Shown here one piece after another: positions 11,737-21,976 of a stretch of DNA of 64,000 nucleotides. Both the position numbers and the translations under genes were made by a program. Every line of letters begins with the position of its first letter. Positions within the stretch are counted from its first letter, which is position 1. The notes beneath the pieces were generated by a model that was given only the letters and a program-made list of their open reading frames with translations, searched no databases and was not told the DNA's origin. The stretch spans positions 15,500,001 to 15,564,000 of the forward strand of contig CM120640.1 in the NCBI GenBank assembly GCA_051362555.1, written 5' to 3'. This DNA is from Lingula anatina (taxonomy: Eukaryota > Animalia > Brachiopoda).

Positions 11737-14700
11737 ATGTCACGCCAGGGGAAGACCTTTGTCATTGGAGTTGGGATGACAAAGTTTGAAAGGCCTATGA
11801 GCAAACAATGGGATTATCCAGATATGGGAAGAGAAGCAGGTAATGCCACTGCCAGTAAAAAAAAAATGGACACTGGACTTTGTCCCTGTAATTTCAGTGC
11901 GGACATTTCAGTGTAGGTTATATCTTACTCATGATCAGTTGATGTTATAATGAGAAAAGGTGGGCTTCTTAATATACCCCCTCCCCAACCCAAACACACA
12001 AACGTATTTAACTTTAAGTGTCTGTATATATTATGATAGGTGTGTCTGACTGTGTCATCACTGTCACTGTTGCTGCCATGCACATGACGTTCGCCCCCAT
12101 AACTGCCAAACCGTATTTTCGTTTTAAATTTACTGAGTGGGTTTGTTCCCTGCAAAGGATTTTGCAGAGTAAGGGTAAGTGCTTGTTCACTGTAATTTTC
12201 ACCAGGCAGACAGTATATGGTTGTGCGGGTAGGCTGGCCCGTTATATGGCTTGTGTGCCCGTAACATGCATGGTTAAAACGGAAGAGGCTGTTGAACGGC
12301 AGCCATTACCTGGCCCCTCAAACACGCAAATTCGACGTGTTTGACGTGAAAATCATTTTTTGAGACGAGGTAGGTGTTATAAGGGGGTGTAGTGCCAGGG
12401 GCAGGTAGAACCGGCCGGGTAGCTCAGTAGGTAAGAGCACTCGTTCTGTTAGCGAGGGGTCCCGGGTTCGATTCCTGGTCTGGTTGGTGATTTTTCTGCA
12501 CTCACCCCAAATCGCTACAATGGTGGCAGCGGTGTTGCGAGATAGGGCTCGCGTCTTTCGGCATTTGGGGGGGAGGAGTGTAGTGCCAGGGACAGGTAGA
12601 ACTGGCCGGAAAGCTCAGGTGGTAGATCACTCGCCCTGTTAGCGAGAGGTCCCGGGTTCAATTCCTGGTCTGGTCGGTGATTTTTCTGCACTCACCCCAA
12701 ATTGCTACAATGGTGGCAGCGGTGTTGCGAGATAGGGCTTGCGTCTTTTGGCATTTGGGGGGGAGGAGTGTAGTGCCAGGGGCAAGTAGAACCGGCCGGG
12801 TAGCTCAGTAGGTAAGAGCGCTCGCTCTGTTAGCGAGGGGTCCCGGGTTCGATTCCTGGTCTGGTCGGTGATTTTTCTGCACTCACCCCAATTCGCTACA
12901 GGGGTAAATGTATATGTCATCCGGTTGCTTTGTTTAGGCCATTGGGATGTTCAATTTATAGAAATAAGTGTTAAAGTGCGGCTGGAAAAGGAGGGTTTAT
13001 ACATATTTCAATGTCAATGAGACATGTGTGGTGCGAACAAAGAATAACTTCTAAACTGTATTTTTGTTTTACTTAAAATTTATTGAGTGACTTCATTTTG
13101 TAAAGAGGCAGATTACTTACAATCGATATTGGCATAATCAGTTTACATTTACGGTCATTTTTCTGGAGACATTTGCCCCTTAAAGGGATAATAACTCTTC
13201 GTATGAGATCTATATTTCACAATAAAAACCTTGTGAATAACTCATAGAAATATAATATATTCTGTTTTACCACAAAAACAGCAGTTATAGCTATTATTCT
13301 GATATCTGAGCTTGTCTTTAGACCACGTGACCTCCATTGATGTCTATACTCTGTTAAAATCTCTTAAGAGATTTTAACAAAAAACCAAACTTTTTAGAAA
13401 AAAACCAGGGACTAACTTTGAATGTAAAAATGGATTCATTAACCATTGGTAAGTATGGGAAAATTGTTGTTTACTCCAGGAAAATTCATTTTTTGGCCGA
13501 AACGAAGAGTTATTATTGCTTTAACTGCCAAACCACATTTTTTTTTCCTTTAATTTTACTGAGTGGCATTTTTTGGTCAAGGAAACAGGTTGCTTTTGAA
13601 AATTGGCAGGATTGGTTTACATATATACAGTAATATTCTGTTTTTTTGCACAATTTTCATGATGTTAGCCCCATACCTTCCAAACCATAGTTTTGTTTTA
13701 CTTAACATTTACTGAGTTACTTTGTTTGGTAAAGAGGCAGGTTGTTTTCAAAAATTGGCTTAATCAGTTAACATTTAAGGTAATTATTCTGTTTTTTTTC
13801 TTTTTTTGTGTGTGTGTGTTTGAATTTTTTCACACATTTGCATTTTAAGTGGCTTTTATGTCCTGTGGAACTGAATCACTTGCTAGTTTTTCAATGTCCA
13901 TTTTACTTGTAGTACATTATGTAGTAGGGTAAGAGTGATTATGCTGTTTTAAAGCATTATCCTTATGTAACAGTGCATTAAATATGTCCGAAACATTATT
14001 TTGTGCACTTTCTTCTGGGTAATGCATAAACATTTTACAGCTTAGCTGCCTTGTTTCCTGTATGGTGTCTGAATAGTTGCTAGCTTTGCTGTCTAGTTTA
14101 AATTAAGTGGTGACCTAAAGCAATACCTTGTCTGTTCAAATAAATAAGTCTTTCTATTTACTTTTCAAGTATTATTAAATATTAGTTCGACAAGTTGCTC
14201 ATTAAATTTCAACATTTTCACAAGCAACTTCAAGCCTATTCAAATATCTAAAAGGGCTGAAGCTAACTCAGGGGGCAGAACAATATATTATGCCCCACCC
14301 CCCTCTCCCCATTTTATCAACCTTTGTATTCCTTTTAACATTTGATTCTTTCCATAGATAAACATAATATTTCCTGAACATTTCAGGTTCTACTGCATTG
14401 GCTGATGCTGGCATTTCATACAATTCCGTCCAAACTGTGGTAGCCAGTTACTGCTATGGTGAACCTACATGTGGTCAGAGGGCAGTGTATGAATTGGGTT
14501 TGACTGGCATCCCAGTATACAATGTTAATAATAACTGTTCTTCGGGATCCAGTGCTCTTTTGCTTGCCAGGCAACTAGTTCTCAGTGGTATGGACTGCAC
14601 TATGGCACTGGGTTTGTATATTTTTAAGTTATGTTTGTGTGATTATATCATACCAAAAATACTTAGATAGTAACTCCCTATTTTCTGAAAATCTAACAAT

Positions 14701-16882
14701 CTTTTGGCAGTATCTTGTGATCACGGTCTGTGCCCTGAATACCCCACGGCATAATTACTGGCAGCATGAGCCAGTTACTTCCAAAGCTGTAATTAATTCT
14801 TGGCTGTGCTCAGAGGAGTTTCTGACATCTTGACACATGCAGTAGTATCTCTAAGCTGTGGAGTTCATCAGTTTAGTTGTGACGACTCAAGCATATAGAC
14901 ACGTAATATGGCTAGTGGTAGTGCTTCTTGCACAAAATTGACAAACACATTTTTCAAAGCAACTGCGACCGCCATTTACTTTCTAATTTCCTACTGCGCA
15001 TGCGTCAAGGTATGAGAATTTCCTCCGAGCGCAGCCGAGAATTAATTAATTACAGCTTTGGAAGTAATTTGCTTGCGCTGCCAGTAATTATGCCGCAGGG
15101 TATTCAGGGCACAGACCGTGATCACAAGATACCGCCAATAGATTTTTTGATTTTTAGAAAATAGATCTTTCATGTGAACGAATCCTCATTCTGTCCAGCT
15201 GATAGCAGTGAATGTGAATAAGAAACCCTAAACTGTAATAACATGTTTGGACCTGTTAAACTGAACCTGACTGGGCCAGTTCTGTTTACTGCTTGATGTG
15301 AGATGGGCCTAGGAATATTTAGGCTTCTCCTGTTTATTTATGATTGAATATTCACATACAGTATTTGATCTTATGTGAACAGATTTACCAAAGATTATAA
15401 TTTTTACTTCTCAGGTTTTGAAAAAATGGAAAGAGGACTATCCCAGAAGTATGAAGACAAGATATCCCCAGTGAAGAGGCACATGGATCACATGGTGTCC
15501 TTAGGGGCAGATCCTGGGTTGATCAGACCAGACCTTAATGCTATGACCTCAGATGTTGTGAAATTGTTTGCTTACGCTGCTCAAGAATACATGAAGAAGT
15601 ACCCTGCACTGACTTTCAATGATCTTGCTCGAGTTGCACTGAAGAATAGAGTTCATGGATCACAGAATGAACGGGCCAGTCTTCAGAGACCTACCAATCT
15701 TCAGAATATAAAGAGCAGAATGCTATGTTATCCCATTGCCTTAGGGATGTCTGCCCCAACTGGTGATGGCGGTGCTGCGGCTATTGTGTGCAGTGAAAAG
15801 TTTGTGAAAGAACACAATCTTCAAGACAAGGCTGTAGAAATTCTAGCCCAGAACATGGTCACCGATCTTCCATCATCATTTGGCAAAAGTTACATGGACT
15901 TGTCAGGTTTTGCCATGGCCCAGCGAGCAGCAGACATGTGTTACAGGGACTCTGGCTTAACGGCAAAGGATATTGATGTGTTAGAAGTTCATGACTGCTT
16001 CTCATGTAATGAGTTATTTATGTATGAGGCCCTGAGGCTGGTCCCAGAGGGAAAAGCCCTGGAACTGTTTAATACAGGGAAATGGGTGCCCACCACAGAA
16101 GGTGGTCAGGTATATAAGATGGGGGACAGGTGGGTGGTTAATGCTTCAGGTGGACTGGAATCTAAGGGACATCCCATTGGAGCCACAGGTTAGTTTACAT
16201 TCCTAGCTTGTTATCAACTACAGTGATAGTACTTCAGTAATGTACCAACTAGATAAACTGCATCTTGTTGCAACATTCATCATCATGTATAACCATGATT
16301 TTACTTAATTGGAGAGGCCTCCAGAGAGTAAATGGTATTGTAAAAGATTATAACAAAATATGACAAAATAATGAGTACATCATTTTGCAAATGATCAAGT
16401 CAAGAGTTGTCTTATATCTTCTTCATTTACAAATTCATATATCTTTCTCTACTAATCACAAGGTAGAATGTTTTTATTTGTTAAAAGTAAATCTAAAGAC
16501 TAAAGATGTTTTCTTCCTATGAGAAATGACCTTTTTTGCATTGGCGAGACAAATCAGTTGTGTCTTAGAGACCCTATGATGATGAATCAGAACATCATGT
16601 CTCATGTGTAGAAAAAGCATTTATCTCTTCAGAACATTTAACTTTTTTATCTCATTATGCAAGAGACAAAGAAAAATCTCATCGAATAAGTATTTTCAAT
16701 TATTTTCATCCTCAGGTCTTGGCCAGTGTGCTGAGCTGGTGTGGCAACTGAGAGGAGAGGCTGGGAAAAGACAAGTAGCTGGAGCAAAGACAGCATTACA
16801 GCATAATTATGGCATTGGAGGGGCAGCAGTTGTTACCATGTATCAGAAACATAAACCAGGAATACCAAATGCCAGACTTTGA
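11737..16882 (+). CDS. SCPx/SCP2-type peroxisomal thiolase without the C-terminal SCP2 domain (P-44/DAF-22-like architecture), PTS1 -ARL; exons 11737-11839, 14387-14611, 15415-16188, 16716-16882
   Basis: [18 protein letters not shown] start, [13 protein letters not shown] catalytic Cys, [34 protein letters not shown], then KPGIPNARL*. All three introns are phase-1 GT-AG. Confidence 0.9.
12388..12900 (+). mobile_element. Tandem-array TRIM (mini LTR retrotransposon) with tRNA-like sequence in each LTR; LTRs at 12388-12519, 12579-12709, 12769-12900
   Basis: Each ~132-bp repeat runs TGTAG...CTACA. Each 59-bp spacer starts with PBS TGGTGGCAGCGGTG and ends with PPT GGGGGGGAGGAG. GGGG flanks both ends (12384-12387, 12901-12904). 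Confidence 0.85.
12413..12485 (+). pseudogene. tRNA-like Pol III cassette inside LTR1 (repeated in LTR2 and LTR3)
   Basis: A box TAGCTCAGTAGG and B box GGTTCGATTCC. In LTR3 the anticodon arm is CTCGC-TCTGTTA-GCGAG, the acceptor stem GGCCGGG/TCTGGTC pairs with G-U wobble, and a T-run follows. The anticodon loop is non-canonical. Confidence 0.65.
13184..13520. mobile_element. Kolobok-like non-autonomous DNA element
   Basis: TTAA on both sides and TIRs AG..ATAATAACTCTTCG / CGAAGAGTTATTATTGCT. Related copies lie at 51207-51832 (inverted) and about 21166-21360 (partial). Confidence 0.6.
14678..15186. mobile_element. Harbinger-like MITE, same family as 18459-18715, left end eroded
   Basis: Long inverted arms TATCTTGTGATCACGGTCTGTGCCCTGAATACC... 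/ ...GGTATTCAGGGCACAGACCGTGATCACAAGATA. The right terminus CATGTGAACGAATCC matches the 18715 terminus. Confidence 0.7.
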
Positions 16883-18458
16883 TCATCTCATGGGTCCTGT
16901 AAATGGAAGAAGAAAATGAGGAGGCATTTGTTTGAGAATGATCACTTGTTCTCTGCATTCGACAACTTTCTACAGGAAAAAGTTGCCAAAAAAATAAAGA
17001 AATCAGGTCTATGTTTTGTATCTAGATGACAAGCAAGGTGTGATAATCCAAACTGCTTTTATCTAGAATTTTCGCACAATGAAATGTATAATACTGTAAA
17101 ATTCACTGCATGGTTGACAGAGCTTCAAAACTAAAATTATAGTTAATTAACTTTGGTAATTTGTACAGTGCATCAATTGTAATAATTGATTTCAGTTCTG
17201 TGCCAAAGCATACATTAGTTCACTGACCATATATACTGGACCAAAATATAAATGCTCGTGAAAAAGGATTGATGTTTATGTTTTAATTATTAAACAATAT
17301 TAACTGCTATTGCTGGCTATGCATTGTAGATAATTACATAAAAAATAAATCATATTTTCATTATGCATATATTTTGGTTCAGTATATACATGTATCCAGA
17401 ACAAGAAGAGTAGTTAGTTATTTCAGGACTTAGGTAATATGTGTAGACTGGAGTTTAATAGTTTGTTTATGGTATTGCAAAGTTTCAAAAAGTACATTCC
17501 AGGGTCAGTCATTAAAATCTCTGAAAATACCAACTTCATATTTCAGATCTTTGACTCACTAGTTCTGTATCATCAGTGTGAAGTGTAGACTAAGGATACT
17601 TTATCATTCAAATATCGAAAATGAGTTATTTCCTGGATGTAATTATTCAATAATGCATCTACCTTTGTGTTGAATTAAAACAATAAAAATCTCCTTGAAA
17701 TATATATAATATAGGGCCTAAATTTCTCTTGCTATGTAGGTCACTCAAACCATTTATTGTATATTTAACACATTTCTATTTTGAGGTGAGACAGCAATTG
17801 CTAAGGGGCATAACTTCATCCTTGAACAAGATTTTATCATAAAAATTGGCATAGTTAACCAGAAGTGCATGGCCGCCATGAGCTTCAAACAGTGTCATTA
17901 AATTGGCATTAAAATGATGTTCATGGGTGCTCAGGTAAAGGAGAAATTTGAAAAGCCGTTTTTTTTTCCATTTCTCCCAAAATCGCAACTATGATGTCTG
18001 CTGTATGATGAAGTTTATGGCAAACGTTTACAATATCCTTACCATCAGGGCATTGCCATAAAACTTCGTCTCACCCAATATGTACACGCTCACAAAAATT
18101 AGGGTGAAGTAGAGTCTAAGAGAGTACAAAGGCTTTTGCTAACTCAAACATTCCTCGACAGTGTAGTTTCAAGACATTAAATGGCTTCTGCCAGCTAAAT
18201 TGTTGGTGCCCATAGGCAGTGTTAATTACGTCAAAATCATTTGCTTATCCCCCTCTCCCGACTATCTTAAATGTCAGACTTGTTCATGGCAATGCTAAAT
18301 TGAGTTTGTTGTTGCTGGCATGGCCATCTCCATTGCCACTGTCATTGCTGTGCACTTTCAGCAATAACACTATAATCGGAAAGCTGTTTAAGCTTGAAGA
18401 AAACCCTATTTTGGCCACTGCCTCCATAGTGACTATTAAAGGAAAACCATGTCACTTA

Positions 18459-18715
18459 GGCTTCGTTCACATGCAATGTCTATTTTCTAAATTCTATTTT
18501 CTATTTGCGGTATGTCTTATGATCATGGTCTGTGCCCTGAATATCCCGCGGCGTTATTACTGGCAGCGCGAGCCAGTTACTATAAGTTACTATAAGTAAC
18601 TGGCTCGCGCTGCCAGTAATTACGCGGCGGGATATTCAGGGCACAGATCGTGATCATAAGATAGCGCGAATAGAAAATAGAATTAAGAAAATAGACATTG
18701 CATGTGAACGAAGCC
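18459..18715. mobile_element. Fully palindromic Harbinger/Tourist-like MITE (257 bp)
   Basis: GGCTTCGTTCACATG...CATGTGAACGAAGCC with arms of about 120 bp and TTA on both sides. Confidence 0.8.
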
Positions 18716-18718
18716 TTA

Positions 18719-18944
18719 GGGTGCTTTCCCAGAGATTTAGATCGATCTAAAGATTAAGTTTTGGATCGACCTAACTCCCTGGGGGTTCAGGCTAAATTGC
18801 AGTCAGCCGAGCGGACACCATAGTTAATTACCCCCTTACAGCTTTTAGTAGGCGGGACAGACGCTTAAACTGGCCAAGCTGACAGTAATCTAGTGAGACT
18901 CCCCACAGGGATAGATCGATCTAAAAATCTATGGAAATGGGGTG
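18719..18944. mobile_element. Second MITE, inverted copy of 1596-1813
   Basis: Flanked by TTA at 18716-18718 and 18945-18947. Sequence identity to the reverse complement of 1596-1813 is visible directly. Confidence 0.7.
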
Positions 18945-19749
18945 TTACTCTTCTCAAACTTACAGAAAGGTAACATGGGACTAAAATACAGCTTCAATTG
19001 GAAAACCCGTCTTATCGATCAATTTTTCTGGATATTATGTAGTTTTTTGTTAGAATTAAAATTTTCACATATCGACATTTTCAAGGTGTGACTTTGAATT
19101 TCCATGGGCTTGAAGACCTTTGCTAGTCACATTTTCTGAATATCCATGATACTTTTATTTTATTATTAAAAATTGATGGTCATTATTATCATGTGTTATA
19201 TTGCATAGAAGTTGAAGAAAACCCTATTTTGGACACTGCTGCCAGGATAACCATTAAGGGAAAACCATGTTACTTATGATTCTCAAATTTACTGAAAAGA
19301 TTCATAGGACTGAAGTGCAGCTTGTTTTGGAAAATCGTGGTTGTTTTCTGTTTTGGAATCAGTGCAGTTCTTTATGAAATGTTCATTTTTCACAGAGTGC
19401 TGTATGGATGGTGGTCAGTATGTTATTGTCCCTTGGGTAATCACTAGCTAAATTCAGAGCTATTAAGTCACTTGCCAAATTAAACTTCAAGTGGCCATTA
19501 AATGAGATTACGTAAAACACACATGCTGAGATTTCCCTGTAAACTCCCATAGGTTTAGCTCTCTGCCAGATACAGTTTGTAAAAGTCTTCAATAGTGACA
19601 CATAATTAGGAATCAGTGATAATTATGCAGGTAAATGTTGTTTAATATTACAAATAAGTTTATAGAAGAAAAAATTATTTTGTGTTATGCCAACATTAAT
19701 GATATAGATGAATAACAGTGCCTTGTTATCCTCATACTCAATGGGGTTA

Positions 19750-20202
19750 TTCATATCATGTTAATACAGCTAGATGAAAAGTTTCAATAGCAGCTTTTTG
19801 GAATATTTTTTATGTTTTCTTTTTTTTTTCAAACACTGGCATCTTCAAGTTGTGACTTTAAACTCCCATCCACCTGAGGCTCTGTACATTTTCTGTATCT
19901 CCAGATAAGCAGTAGTAGTGGTATTTGTCTTTAAACATTATGTAATATTATTTTATGCACTGTCATCATTTTTCACATAGAAAGATTTTCATTATGTGAA
20001 TTTGAACTCTCATGGTCCTGAAACTGTAATCTTATTGACCATGTTGCCTGTTGTGCATGATTAAAATTTAGTGTTGATTGGCTGTGCTGTTATAACTTAT
20101 AAGCATTATTTATTATTGCATCAATATTGACAAAATGACCTATTTTCTGCATCTTTATTTTCTGCTTTTTGTTTGTACATTTGACAGCTTTGCTGCCTTG
20201 TT
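19750..20202. repeat. Dispersed ~450-bp repeat family, unclassified; inverted copies at about 48326-48800 and 60732-61200
   Basis: Shared blocks such as GCATTATTTATTATTGCATCAA..TTGACAAAATGACC and TTTGTACATTTGACAGCTT appear reverse-complemented at the other two loci. Confidence 0.7.
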
Positions 20203-21976
20203 TTTCAAAGTTAAGGGTGAGGGGTTGAGGTTGACGATTGGGTTGATGCTAAAAATTCTGACCTTCGCACAAGGTAGGTTCGATCGCTACTTTCAACAGA
20301 CTGAGCACTAGTTTTCGAGACAGTGCTACCCAGTACAATGTAGTACAAGCTACCTGTAGTGCATCCCTGAAAAAGAAAACTCACCTTTAAGAATTGTTCT
20401 TCAACTTTACTTGAATCTGGGTTTTCTTCAACTACTTAGAATTTTGCTTGTGATAAATGTGTATATGCTGCTGGTTGTGGAATTCAAGATACGTCTTTGC
20501 GCCTAGGCGGTCCAGAAAGGAATGACGGTTGGGGACTTGAATTGCGAAATTCAGAAATGGGTAATGATTTCATTGGACAGTTTAACCTAGATTGTCTTCA
20601 TTGCATTTTAATTATACAACCTGTTATCGTTCATCTCATCTAGGCTACAGAACTGGTGGTGGGGGGCATAATAAAGGTTATGCAATCACTACCTCTTCAC
20701 TCTCCCTTTTTGCATCTGAATAATAAACAATGGACAAGTAGTAGTCCACTTGACTGACCGACAACGGCTACCAGTTGTACAGGAGATGGTCACCAAGTAA
20801 ACAATAACTTTCGTGAAAAATATCCGATCGTACCGAATTTTAGCCATACAAAGCAATTTGAATTAAAACAATGAAAAGAACCATACACATGCGGCTTTTC
20901 AATTATGGGGCGAACAATGTCAAAATGCATGAGAAAAATGGGAAATTTAATTATTTATCAAGTTAATTAAGTTGCTTATACGTAATCCGACAATGCTGAT
21001 TTTGAAAGAAATCTGACTTTCTACCAAATAAGTCCGCCAGTAAATTTGAAATAAAGAATGGTCTGGCACTTACGGGCAAACGCTACCAGAATGTACGCGA
21101 TGAATGGGTAACCATCGTAATTTGCCGCAGTTTGCAACATTCAAGAATACATCCAAATACCTTTGAAGAGATAACAATTAACTCTTCATATAAGATTCAA
21201 AATTCCACCATAAATACATTGTAAACAACAAATAGAAATATAATAAATTCCGTTTTACCACCAAAACGGCAGTTATCGCGATTATTGTGAAATCTGGCCC
21301 TTCCAACAGACCACGTGGACCTTCACACTTGGCTATCCTCCGTTATCTTAAGAGATTATATTTGAAAAAGCACACTTAAAATTTTTCTTTTTCCAATTTT
21401 CTCCTACTATATTTTCTTGGGTGTGTATTTATAACCCTTTATCATGTATTGTAAAACGTCTTCTTATGAGTAGCTATTTTTAAAAAATGATTAATTATTA
21501 CTTATATATAATATTAGGATCATTAACGGGAAATGTTCCCGCTAGAGGGCAGCTAAGACTGGCGACAACGCACTCACCAGGGCCTGATAAATAAAATATT
21601 TGTGGGAATTTGACATGGATCGAAAATATAAAGTCATGAGAACTCCCTCCCCCCCCCCCCCCAAAAAAAAAAAAGGTAAATAAAAAATCGACAAACGTCC
21701 CTGTGGCCCATATAAAGTGTTTTAAAATACCACGTCCTAGCACATCCTGACACATTCATCCTCGTTATCGTAACACACATGACGTCATAAAATGAGCAGA
21801 TGAATCAACGGGAAAAGGTATGGCCGAAGTCAACTCACTTTTCTCCGTTCGATTTTAGTTTTACTGCGAGACGAAATACGTTTAAAGACTGTGATAAGAC
21901 TTTTTGTACTCTTATATACATGTGGATCACATAGAACAACTAACTTAAAGAAGAATCCGAGGTTATATACAGTGAA

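Noticed and set aside
12388-12900. CRISPR array or functional tRNA gene cluster
   Set aside because: The spacers are near-identical rather than unique, there are no cas genes and the context is eukaryotic. PBS, PPT, TG/CA ends and TSD explain it as a TRIM, and the anticodon loops are non-canonical.
18033-18041. ATATCCTT U12-like 5' splice motif
   Set aside because: Intergenic, with no adjacent coding exon or matching branch point and AC identified.
20250-21600. Candidate extra small gene or distant HSDL2 first exon (donor-like sites near 20384, 21073 and 21577 on the minus strand)
   Set aside because: No consistent in-frame exon chain could be assembled. Needs transcript data.
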